From: Macrostomum lignano
Taxonomy: Eukaryota
Length of the DNA stretch: 64,000 bases
Direction: 5' to 3'
Assembly: GCA_002269645.1 (NCBI GenBank)
Contig: NIVC01001381.1
Coordinates: 62,001-126,000, forward strand
Numbering within the stretch: position 1 is the first letter of the stretch; each line of letters starts with the position of its first letter. A program made the translations under genes and the position numbers. Below the pieces are notes generated by a model. It was not told the origin of the DNA and ran no database searches. It was given only the letters and a program-made list of their open reading frames with translations. Below are positions 1 to 11,633 of the stretch, piece after piece.

Positions 1-968
1 AGAGTTAGAAAAGTAGGACAATCAGATACTAAGCTACTAATATATAAGTAGTATGATTTACTGACGGCGCACATGTTTTGTTTGCCTTTCATCATTGTCG
101 AGTTGTGAATTTTTATACACAAAACTTTATGTTGTTCAGATAAGATATTACGAGCTATGTGCTTGAGTAAAATCAACAACAAACAAAATACTATTTGATC
201 AATATCATTTTTGCTCCGAGATTTTCAATGGCTTTTCAGTTTTCACTTTTCAAAAGTTCTGAGTATCAAAAGCCACACTATAAAGAGAGTAGATTTATTA
301 CTTTGAGGATCGATTTTTGTTACTCAGATAAGCTAATGATAAATAATTCAAAGTAAATATTCGACAGAAGTAGGATTTCGGGTTAGTACCCATATAAATT
401 TGAAAAGAAAACACCTTTAAAAAATTCGCTGATAAAACTTAAGAACAGTTCAATTAGAGTTAAAAAGTAGGGTGGGTAATAAGCTACTAAGTAGTATCAA
501 ATATTAGCGTTCCTTTTTTAAGGACTTTGTTAGCTCGTTTGTCAGTCGTAAATAGACGTGAAAACTGTAAAAACACATATTTGGCTTGACTAAACAACAA
601 AATGTCATAGCATTACCCACGCCAAGGACTACGAGTACTAAAAAACTCAGGACGCTGAATTTAAACTTGGTAGGAACTTTTCTTTCAAGGCCCGCCAGAA
701 AGCATTCTCTATAGTAAAAGTCTCCACTAGATGGCGATTTTATATGTGAATTGCAACGTTTGAAGTTGCGTTGCTTGTAGGACAGTGTATGTAAAGTCCT
801 TGATTCAGGATTAAAGGGGTGGGTAACGGATTTCTCACTTCGCTCAGGGAAACAGATTGCCGCAGGCTGTCTATGGTAATTTGGCAAAGTTTTTTACTTG
901 TTCTTGCATTCGCGAGGAAGATAAAGATAGATCATATGTAGATCTTCCTAACTGGCAGCCCTGGTCGA

Positions 969-1712
969 TCACGGCAGGCTGAACTTCACCCAGTCGGCGC
1001 TTGTCTCGATCTCCTCCTCCACCTGAGCGTCGGTGAACAGCAGCAGGCGGCAGGCTCTCAGCTTGCTGTTGTACAGCACGTGTCTGCAGCGGCTGTCTGG
1101 CTCGCGCATGGCGGCAGCCACGCAGTGCATCGGGCTCCGCACCTGCTGCAGGTCGGTGAAGCAGTACTGGGAGCTGGGGTTGAAGCTCGTGCGCTTGAAC
1201 GGAGTTCGCTTCCAGTCAGCTTCAGTGGCGCGGGTCAAAGTCGTCTCGGCATCAACAGCGAGTTCGCAGGCGTAGCCAAACAGATCAGAGCAGACTCTGT
1301 CCCCCATCAAGCCATTAGAAAATCTGCTGATGCAGTCTTGAGCCTGATCTCTGTTGTCAGGATCGTTGGCGCTCCACAGCGTATCATCCGTTGGCATCAG
1401 GCCCTTGGTGAGCACTCGCTGCCAGCCCGACCTGTTCACGTTTCTTTCATCAGCCAGGTCGGACACGCCGAGCCACATGAAGCACATGCAATTGAAGCTT
1501 GGCATACTGCTCATCAGTTTCAGTGAGCTGTGCGAGTTTATCAGTTCGCCTCCAATTAATTGGAATTGCTGAATAGCCGAGCACCAGCTGTGGCTTTGAG
1601 CTGTGCTCACAAACACGCACTTCCCAGCCTCGAGGTTGAACGGAGCGGGGCACAACTGAGCTCCAACAGTGAGCAGCAGCTTTGCCAGGGTCGTTAGGGT
1701 AACTAGCAGCAT
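969..1712 (-). CDS. Secreted C-type lectin domain protein with C-terminal PAN/apple-like domain (247 aa, intronless)
   Basis: Hydrophobic signal peptide MLLVTLTTLAKLLLTVGA; CTLD features CPAPF..GKC, WLG, W..DPDN, QDC, DRVC..YACE; C-terminal SPMHC..RCRHVLYNSKLRAC resembles PAN/apple. Confidence 0.8.
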   Translation of the reverse strand: MLLVTLTTLAKLLLTVGAQLCPAPFNLEAGKCVFVSTAQSHSWCSAIQQFQLIGGELINSHSSLKLMSSMPSFNCMCFMWLGVSDLADERNVNRSGWQRVLTKGLMPTDDTLWSANDPDNRDQAQDCISRFSNGLMGDRVCSDLFGYACELAVDAETTLTRATEADWKRTPFKRTSFNPSSQYCFTDLQQVRSPMHCVAAAMREPDSRCRHVLYNSKLRACRLLLFTDAQVEEEIETSADWVKFSLP

Positions 1713-2517
1713 CTTTACAGCTCGGTTCTTAGTTAGTTATTGTAGTTGCTGTGCCTCAATTGCTGTGCAGCAATTTGAGGCAGGAATTCCGGAATTCTTG
1801 CTTCTAGTCTCTTCTTGTATAGTCGAGTCTTTCTAGTCTCTTAAGATTTTGGCTCCCCCTATATGCAAGTTCCCTCTCCGCCACCCCGCGTCCCTTGTAT
1901 CGATCCGTTTGGGTTAAAATGAAGTGGCATCGGCAACCCCGTGCGATGCTGCTTAGAGTCTGCAACTGAAGAAAGCACAAGAAATGGCCGGGTGCATAAA
2001 ACTTGTCTTCACGGTTGACAGACCTACAGAACATTCATAAATCTCCTCACTCAGCTTTCACAGAGCAGAGGAAGGCAATTGCCTTGAGTATCTATAGCAG
2101 GCTGTTTTCAAGTCAAGCTTGTTAAAACAAAAACTATACTCGAGACGGAAAGATAAAGATTACCAAGTGAATATCAGATCAAATGCAGCGGCATGCATTT
2201 CTGGTGTGATGTCCACGTGCAATCGTGCATGCAATTTTAAATACTGCTCAGAAAAGCTCCATTGACTGAAAGAACGGCACGCCCGTGTTGTTGCGAAATT
2301 TATCGGGAAATGTATTGATTTTTCACTGAGACTTAAACTTCAAGTACAGAAGTTGTTCTCTTGGGTCGGTATTCCTTTCTCAAAGAGCATCCGTAGATAT
2401 AATTAGACTTACATAAAATGTACATGTTATTTCATAAGTTCGATCGGTCCAACTGCGCAGAATATATATTTTGTACAAACTCAACCAAATTTACATGGAT
2501 ACATGTAAAATCCACGA

Positions 2518-2706
2518 GGCCGTAGCCCAGTGGTCTGGCGCGGCACTTTCATACGCCAGTGGCCCATGCAGGCTCGATTCCAAGTTCAGTTGCATTATTT
2601 GGGGCTAAATTAGAATCTCGGCTTGGCTCTGCTGGTACAATTAACGCCCTTGATGGCCAAACCCCAAGGCACAGTGAAGTGTACATGCCTAAAGATAAAT
2701 AAAGTT
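2518..2706 (+). mobile_element. tRNA-derived SINE-like repeat, copy 1
   Basis: Pol III A-box-like TAGCCCAGTGG and B-box-like GGCTCGATTCC; body TCTCGGCTTGGCTCTGCT..CAATTAACGCCCTTGA..GCACAGTGAA..TACATGCCTAA..AATAAAG recurs at 52381-52565 and, partly deleted, at 6641-6752. Confidence 0.6.
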
Positions 2707-2834
2707 AGGACCACTGTACACTCCTGTGTTGAGCGTGTGCCTGTGCGTATGGCTGCGTACGCATCCGATCGCTTGTGTGCCTGCTCAGGGGAGTCGGCGG
2801 AATTGGCAGCAATGCCTGTCGCCGGTAGTGTGAC

Positions 2835-3107
2835 AATGGATAAATAATCAGCGGTCCCAGTGCGTGACAACGATTGTCTGGAGAGCGCCGGTAGGCTGGC
2901 CTCGCCATCCTAAACATCCTAAACATCCTAAACATCTTAAACATCCTAAACAGTTTGGCCTCGCCTAGACTGTTTAAACGATGGACAATTCATTGTCACG
3001 TGCTGCGACCGCTGATTCTTTGCACTGTTTTTCTATTTGACGATTCTACAAACAATGCATTGTTCTGCTAAAGAGAGCGAATAATGATCGTCAAATTGCT
3101 AGACAAT
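2835..3107. mobile_element. Double-hairpin dispersed element containing a 9-bp VNTR, copy 1
   Basis: Near-identical copy at 44925-45351; imperfect 24-bp inverted arms (ATCAGCGGTCCCAGTGCGTGACAA / TTGTCACGTGCTGCGACCGCTGAT) flank about 5 x TAAACATCC; absent from the paralogous segment near 6850. Confidence 0.65.
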
Positions 3108-4616
3108 GTCGGCATTTCGCTTATAGTCTGCCTCTAATAAAAACACACAATCTAACTGCACTACAGTAAGGATATAGCTTCGAGGGGCGAATAGGATTGG
3201 CCAATTTGTCTATGATCGAACCAAAATGTCCATTGTACAAGGCACAGCGATAGGGCAATAACAATCTTGTAACTTCATTATCAGATGAGGATTTCAGCTA
3301 ATTTTCATAGACGCCAGTACAGGGCTTCATGACATCCATAAGAATGGGACACGCAGCAAAAGAAGCCAAGCCTAAGTGAAGAGGCGAGGACATGTTAAAA
3401 GTGCAAAGAGGCGCAATAAGAAAGATGAAGTGAATAAAGGTAAACAATAGAGGCGAAAGCAACCAAGCGTGACAAAACTACTTCGCAGCCACCATCCATT
3501 CAATACAGAAGAAAAGGCGAGGCCAGCCACGCAGAGAAAGTGATGAGCGCAGCACGTGACCGGGCCGGAATCCGCCGCAGGGGAGGGAGGAGCAGCGTGC
3601 GCGCCCAAGACCGACAGCCAACCCCAAGGAGCCTAGCAACCAAGGGGGTGCACCTGCGGGCAGACGCGTACGAAAGAGCGCAAAAAATTTCAAGACAGAC
3701 CTGCCCTAACCACTCTAACTCAACCAAGGCAAAATGACAAACACCAACTCATCCCCCAACTCATCCCCCAACTCATCCCGTAGCCACAACATACTACTCG
3801 CAGTTTATTGGGTAGAACCAGAGATCTGTTTCATATGATTATATTTACTGAAACCTCTGCCATTGCTAACTATCGGCGGCAGGGGCGATAAAAATCTAAA
3901 ACACTTATAAAATAGATGTTCAATAGCTTATGATATTAATCGTTTTTGTTTAATGCTAAATCTTTCACAAGTATAATATTGACCTATTGCACTAAATTAT
4001 ACGAATAGTATTAAACAGTAATAATTCAAGTGGATCCCAGAGGTACGTATGCAGTATTAAGAAGATCGTGGCCCTCTAATCTCGGTAGCGCCAAAGGACT
4101 GGATGGTTGAATACCCTCGATACTAGTAACTGAGAGATATTTACAAAGATAGTAATTCCAAAAAACTATAGTACGAGATTCCAGACTAGTGAAACAATAA
4201 TTATAAAGAATTGATTTCTATGCAGAACAATGTACTGTTTGTAGGATCGACAAACAGCAAAGCAATGCAAAGAATGTGCATCTTAAAGTGACTTCATCAG
4301 TAACAAAATCTGCCATCTGCACATTGTGATAACTTACTTGCGTTGGACTATTATTGTGTACATGTGAGTGACTATCGATTTATGCGAACTTTAGACTGTT
4401 CAATGTGCCAATGTGCATGGTTTCAGAGTACAACGTGCCGTCATTCTATATAAAATACACTCCGCTGAGAGAGCTCACTTTAAGTGTGTTTCAATCAAAA
4501 GATACTCGATGCTCGATACTCGATACTCGATGTTTTTTCATACTCGGTTCTTGTTTACAATCAGGTTTTGACGAGTATTAAAAACTAATATTCTCTGTCC
4601 CCAGTGTACACACAGC

Positions 4617-5265
4617 CGTACCTTAATCCCCTGTATACATGAAGCCACTCCTCTATCCTCAGTGTACGCACAGCCACCCCTCTATCCTCAGTGTACGCAC
4701 AGCCACCCCTCTATCCTCAGTGTACACACAGCCACCCCTCTATTCTCAGTGTACACACAGCCACCCCTCTATTCTCAGTGTACACACAGCCACCCCTCTA
4801 TCCTCAGTGTACACACAGCCACCCCTCTATTCTCAGTGTACACACAGCCACCCCTCTATCCTCAGTGTACACACAGCCACCCCTCTATTCTCAGCGTACA
4901 CACAGCCACCCCTCTATCCTCAGTGTACGCACAGCCACCCCTCTATTCTCAGTGTACACACAGCCACCCCTCTATCCTCAGTGTACGCACAGCCACCCCT
5001 CTATCCTCAGTGTACGCTCAGCCACCCCTCTATCCTCAGTGTACGCACAGCCACCCCTCTATCCTCAGTGTACACACAGCCACCCCTCTATTCTCAGTGT
5101 ACACACAGCCACCCCTCTATTCTCAGTGTACACACAGCCACCCCTCTATCCTTAGTGTACGCACAGCCACCCCTCTATCCTTAGTGTACGCACAGCCACC
5201 CCTCTATCCTTAGTGTACGCACAGCCACCCCTCTATCCTCAGTGTACGCACAGCCACCCCTCTAT
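4617..5265. repeat. 29-bp minisatellite (CAGTGTACACACAGCCACCCCTCTATCCT)n
   Basis: About 22 tandem units read directly; ends at the AG acceptor of the SAYSD1-like exon. Confidence 0.95.
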
Positions 5266-5271
5266 TACCAG

Positions 5272-5563
5272 GCTCTACCTGTTGCTACCCGAGCGAGTTC
5301 GCGCCCACCGCCTCGTTGCCATGGGCTGGCCGGTTCGGCTCGGCGTCTTCCTGCTGCTGTGGCTGTACTTTGTCTACATCGAATGGGGCGCCGTGTTCTT
5401 CATCTGCGGCCTCTTGTACCTACTGGTGAGTAGTATGCGCGGAGACAGTCAGAGGCGCTCCGGGCCGAATGCCTGTTCGGTGTTCAACCGGAACTGCGAA
5501 CGGCTGGATGGCACCTTCACTGCGGAAGAGTTTGACAGGTCACTGAGGTCCGGCTTTTCTTAG
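5272..5563 (+). CDS. SAYSD1: SAYSvFN-domain protein (SAYSD1-like) terminal exon; upstream exon not identified
   Basis: Hydrophobic hairpin LLLWLYFVYIEWGAVFFICGLLYLL followed by NACSVFNRNCERLDGTFTAEEFDRSL, matching the SAYSVFN..CERI.GT..AE.F consensus; acceptor TATTACCAG ends at 5271. Confidence 0.8.
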
Positions 5564-5824
5564 GGGGTGCTTTGGGCTATGGTTTATGTTGAAATTGTTT
5601 CTTTGTTGTTTTCAAGGTTTTCAGTTGGTGGCGTTATTAATTGTGATAGGACAGTTTTGCATGTACCTGAGAATTTTTCTCGATCAAATATTTGGCATTC
5701 ATTAGATGTCAGAATTTACCTGTCAGGTGTCAGATTATACGTGTCGGGTGTCAGTCTGTATTAGATTCAATGTTTATAATCTTAAAACTGTTTTGCCCCG
5801 ACAAATGCAGTCAATACAAAACAG

Positions 5825-7400
5825 CTAGCAGCAGCTCTGCCAGGGTCGTTAGGGAAACTAGCAGCATCTTCACAATTCAATGTTTCATATTGTTGCTGTG
5901 CTTCAACTAAGGCACTTACAGAGACTGCAGTAGTGTTTGAAGCGAAAAATGCAGCAAATTCCAATGACTAATAGTCTAAAGGCAGCAATTCTTGAATGCT
6001 GTGCAGTGCTTGCTCTGCAAAACTTTATTCTCTTAAGAATTTAGGTCCCCTATACATGCAAGCTCCCACTCCGCCACCCTTACATCACCTCTATCGATCC
6101 GTGAGGGTTAAAATGAAGTGGCAGCCCCGTGCTAGTTGCTTAGAATCTGCAACTTCTCCTCACGGTCACGGACCTACAAAAAATCCAGACATTTTCTCAC
6201 TCATCTTTCGCAGAGCAGAAGGCTATTGTTCTGAGTATCCAGCATGGCTGTTACATACTCAATAGGTAAAAATAATTCGTAGGCGTCCTGTATTATGATT
6301 AGTTAATCGAATAGAAGTTATTCGGTCATCAAGTGAATATTGGACAGCGACATTGGGCAGCGTCAAATTTCTATTGACGGAAAGAAAGGCAAGCTTATTT
6401 TTTCCGGTGAAATTAATTGGGAAATGTATTGATTTTTCAGTGGACCTTTAAAATCAACTTCCAGTAGAGACGTGGGTCTCTTACTATGTTGGGTCGGTAT
6501 TCCTTTCTCAAAGACCATCCGCGAGATAAACGAGCCTAAGGCTTACATGAACAATTAGTTCATAGAAGTTTGATAAGCCAAACTGCATATTACATATTTA
6601 TCACGATATTGCAACATACATGTACTCGTAGAATCCACAGGGCCGTAACCCAGTAGTCCAGCGCAGCGTTCTGGTGTGCTATAGCGGCCCAGGCCCCGGC
6701 CAACCCCCCAAGGCACAGTGAAATGTACATGCTTAATGATAAAAATAAAGTTAGGGCCGCTGTACACTCCCGTCTGAGTGAGTGCCTGTGCGTATAACTG
6801 CGTACGTATCCGCGCGCTTGTGTGCCTGTTCAGGGGAGTCGGTGGTATCGGACTTAGAAGTCCATAAGAAATGGGCCACGCAACAAAAGAAGCCAAGCCG
6901 TCAAGCGAGGCCAGGGTTAAAAGTATAGATGGGCGCAAGAAGAAAGAATGAATAAATCAAACAATAGAGGCGAAAGCAACCAAGCGGGACAAAGATACAG
7001 CGCAGCCACCATCCATTTCAGACTGAAGACAAAGGCGAGACGGCGACTTAGGGCGATGAGGTTGACAGGCGAGGCCAGCCAGAGAAGAGTGATGAGCGCA
7101 GCAAGTGGGCGGGTTGGGAGGAGACCGACAGCCAACCCCGAGGAGCCTAGCAACCAAGGGGATGGACCTGCGGGCTCACGCACACGAAGGAGAGGGAAAA
7201 TTCAAAGACGGTCTAGCTCAACCAAGGCAAAATGCCTGACACCAACTAATCTACCCTTCCCCACGTAGCAACATGCCAGTTTAATGGATAGAACTAGAAA
7301 TGTGTTTCATGTGTTAATTTTGTTAAAAACACCCCTGCCCTTGCTAACCATGCATGCGGGTGGTCACCCGGCCCATCGTCGGCGACGGAATTGTGAATCT
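5825..7400. repeat. Diverged segmental duplicate of ~1670-3890 (lectin signal-peptide region and upstream DNA)
   Basis: Colinear matches: GCAGCAGCT.TGCCAGGGTCGTTAGGG.AACTAGCAGCATCTT (~1675/~5828), TTGGGTCGGTATTCCTTTCTCAAAGA (~2362/~6490), GCAGCCACCATCCATT (~3486/~7002), CCGACAGCCAACCCC..GGAGCCTAGCAACCAAGGGG (~3611/~7123). Confidence 0.75.
6641..6752 (+). mobile_element. tRNA-derived SINE-like repeat, internally deleted copy inside the duplicated segment
   Basis: GGCCGTAACCCAGTAGT head and CCCCAAGGCACAGTGAAATGTACATGC..AATAAAGTT tail match 2518-2706. Confidence 0.5.
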
Positions 7401-9263
7401 AAGTGCTTATAATAATAATAGTTTTTGTTTTCATTTTTAACAACTGAAAAATAATATTTAAAAACCTGAAGTTTGTTTAAATGCTAATCTAGCCTTTGCT
7501 CAAAAGGGTATTAAATAGAGGAAAAACTAGAAAGCTTACAGGCCTAATCTAGTGTTTCAAGTAAATATATTACTATATATATTACCACATGTATTAAGAA
7601 TATATACTATTAAGAATCGTGTTAACTTTTTCGAAGAGTGAAATAGAAGGAAAACATCGTATGTACTACTGGTAAGTATAATATGGAGGAGGCGATTGAA
7701 ATGAAACGAACTAGATCTCGGAGTTACATGATCCCTAGGTTAAATACCCTAGATAACTGAGAGAGATATTTAAAAGAAGAAATACATATTAAGAGATTCC
7801 AGGCCTGTAAAAGAATGGATCCTGCACTCGGAACATAGTAAGAATGCGACCAGTAAGAAGTAAGAAATACTCAGACAGACAAATACTAGTGCTCGAAGGA
7901 AGTAATTCTAAAGCATTTAAGTTTAAAAACTAGTAACTAGATTATAATCTTGTCTAAATCAAAATTTTGATGGCAGCAAAAGAATATCTAAAAGAGACAA
8001 AATATATACTAGAGTATTTTTGCTTAACTATTTGTTTTAAAGATTGAAGGTCCAACTGAAGAGACTCGCTAGACTAGGAGAAATCTGACTTGACTGCAAG
8101 GCTTCCAACGTACCGCTGAGCAAAATTAAAAACAAAGAAGTATAGTCACACCGGAGACAAAAGAGGTCACAAGTTGTCTTTGTCTTAAAATGACTTCATA
8201 AGCCACTAACTTGATGCTGTCTACACGTAGAAAATATGAGAAGGCTAAATCACAGTGGTTCCTTTTGGTAGACAATTCCTTTTCTGTCTTAAATGTAGAA
8301 ATGAGTTCGATAAAATATATTTTGAAAGTACGAAAAATCGGTATAGACTTCAGCTGATGGCAATAAAGTTGTAGAAAGAAATACTAGCAAAAATAGATCT
8401 GAGCGGCAAATTTAATATAGAACACGGCTTCGTAAATTTTAGTTTTGTGAGCTTAAAAAATATTTATAAGGAACAAAATGACCGTCTTTGAGGCAACGTT
8501 AGGCACCAGAAGTTAGTAAGATACTATGTCTAACTATCTTGGATGTTTTTTGACGCTAAAGTACTAAAAAATTATGATTAATATCTCTAGGCATCTGCGC
8601 CCTTCATCAGCAGCAGCCAGTGGGCCAAGAACTCAATCGGATCAGCTGGTCGCGCGTCGGCAACTCTGGCCAAGCCTCTGGACAGGACGGCGCCTAAAAG
8701 TTTCATTAAAGTAAAATTAAAGTAAAGTAAATTATTTGTTTTAAAACATTCTGCAAACAAAACCGATGCTAAACCTAGAAATTTGACTGCTAAGTTTTCT
8801 GAAGGTGAATGTTTTTTGAGTCTGGATCAACAAATTTTCAATAAATTTGCATATCGGACTGCAGTCGTCACTTTGTATTTAATAAATAATCCCGAACCTA
8901 CGCACAATAATGCATGCCCCCAATACACTATTATAGTGGGTATTACTCACGAACATAGCTAAGGTAGTCGCGTTGTAGGTAATCGTTAATCGGTTTCGGA
9001 TTTCTGTTATTTAACAACGCCTGGTGACTATCGGTGTGTTTTGCCTGCAGAATTTCGTACACCTGCACCGGATGGTCTCGAAGCAAGACGACAAGTCTGT
9101 TGGGGCTCGGAGACATGAGCAGCACTGGCTCCTCCTCGAATAGATAGTTGAATAGCAGAGAGCCGTCCAGGAGGGAGAAGGCCTGTGGATGTTTGAGTTG
9201 GTTGATTAAACATACAGAAGTCTGACTTTAGGACTAGATATGAATCCTAAAGTAGAGGTAGGA

Positions 9264-11633
9264 CACACTGCAACCCGATGACTGTGGACACATTGCAACC
9301 CGATGACTGGACTCACTGCAACCCGATGACTGGACTCACTGCAACCCGATGACTGTGAACACATTGCAACCCGATGACTGGACTCACTGCAACCCGATGA
9401 CTGGACTCACTGCAACCCGATGACTGGACTCACTGCAACCCGATGACTGGAAAACATTGCAACCCGATGACTGTGGACACATTGCAACCCGATGACTGGA
9501 CACATTGCAACCCGATGACTGGACACATTGCAACCCGATGACTGGACACATTGCAACCCGATGACTGGACACATTGCAACCCGATGACTGGAAAACATTG
9601 CAACCCGATGACTGTGAACACACTGCAACCCGATGACTGGACACATTGCAACCCGATGACTGGAAAACATTGCAACCCGATGACTGTGGACACATTGCAA
9701 CCCGATGACTGGACACATTGCAACCCGATGACTGGACACATTGCAACCCGATGACTGGACACATTGCAACCCGATTACTGTGGACACACTGCAACCCAAT
9801 GATTGAACACACTGCAACCCGATGACTAAACACACTGCAACCCGATGACTAAACACACTGCAACCCGATGACTAAACACACTGCAACCCCATGACTAAAC
9901 ACACTGCAACCCCATGACTAAACACACTGCAACCCCATGACTAAACACACTGCAACCCCATGACTAAACACACTGCAACCCCATGACTAAACACACTGCA
10001 ACCCCATGACTAAACACACTGCAACCCCATGACTAAACACACTGCAACCCCATGACTAAACACACTGCAACCCCATGACTAAACACACTGCAACCCCATG
10101 ACTAAACACACTGCAACCCGATGACTAAACACACTGCAACCCCATGACTAAACACACTGCAACCCCATGACTAAACACACTGCAACCCCATGACTAAACA
10201 CACTGCAACCCCATGACTAAACACACTGCAACCCCATGACTAAACACACTGCAACCCGATGACTAAACACGCTGCAACCCCATGACTAAACACACTGCAA
10301 CCCCATGACTAAACACACTGCAACCCCATGACTAAACACACTGCAACCCGATGACTAAACACACTGCAACCCGATGACTAAACACACTGCAACCCCATGA
10401 CTAAACACACTGCAACCCCATGACTGGACACACTGCAACCCGATGACTGTGGACTCACTGAAACCCCATGACTAAACACACTGCAACCCGATGACTGTGG
10501 ACTCACTGCAACCCCATGACTAAACACACTGCAACCCGATGACTAAACACACTGCAACCCCATGACTAAACACACTGCAACCCGATGACTGTGGACTCAC
10601 TGCAACCCCATGACTAAACACACTGCAACCCGATGACTGTGGACTCACTGCAACCCCATGACTAAACACACTGCAACCCGATGACTGTGGACTCACTGCA
10701 ACCCCATGACTAAACACACTGCAACCCGATGACTGTGGACTCACTGCAATCCCATGACTAAACACACTGCAACCCGATGACTAAACACACTGCAACCCGA
10801 TGACTAAACACACTGCAACCCCATGACTAAACACACTGCAACCCGATGACTGTGGACTCACTGCAACCCAATAACTGGACACATTGCAACCCGATGACTG
10901 TGGACTCACTGCAACCCAATAACTGGACACATTGCAACCCGATGACTGTGGACACACTGCAACCCAATAACTGGACACACTGCAACCCGATGACAAAACA
11001 CACTGCAACCCGATGACAAAACACACTGCAACCCGATGACTAAACACACTGCAACCCGATGACTGTGGACACACTGCAACCCGATGACAAAACACACTGC
11101 AACCCGATGACTAAACACACTGCAACCCGATGACTGTGGACTCACTGCAAACCCATGACTAAACACACTGCAACCCGATGACTGTGGACTCACTGCAACC
11201 CCATGACTAAACACACTGCAACCCGATGACTAAACACACTGCAACCCGATGACTAAACACACTGCAACCCCATGACTAAACACACTGCAACCCCATGACT
11301 AAACACACTGAAACCCGATGACTGTGGACATGACTAAACACACTGAAACCCGATGACTGTGGACACACTGCAACCCGATGACTAAACACACTGCAACCCG
11401 ATGACTGTGGACACACTGCAACCGATGACTGTGGACACACTGCAACCCGATGACTAAACACACTGCAACCCGATGACTGTGGACACACTGCAACCGATGA
11501 CTGTGGACACACTGCAACCCGATGACTAAACACACTGCAACCGATGACTGTGGACACACTGCAACCGATGACTGTGGACACACTGCAACCCGATGACTGT
11601 GGACACACTGCAACCCGATGACTGGACACATTG
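9264..11633. repeat. 23/24-bp intronic minisatellite (CACACTGCAACCCGATGACTAAA variants)
   Basis: About 100 tandem units fill the NWD intron 9183-11693; source of the spurious SHRVAVC/VIGLQC ORFs. Confidence 0.95.

Noticed and set aside
504-887. 127-aa minus-strand ORF
   Set aside because: No recognisable motif, non-ATG start call, AT-rich intergenic context.
2518-2600. Functional tRNA gene
   Set aside because: A and B boxes are present but I cannot fold a cloverleaf with a paired acceptor stem, and the head continues into a dispersed repeat body, so a SINE is more likely.
9264-11633. Long ORFs in tandem repeats (SHRVAVC.., GDACYL.., TEDTPY.., SVNQSI.., LSVC.., and the 469-aa ORF at 52867-54276)
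   Set aside because: These are translations of stop-free repeat units inside introns, occur in several frames, and are bypassed by phase-consistent GT-AG splicing.
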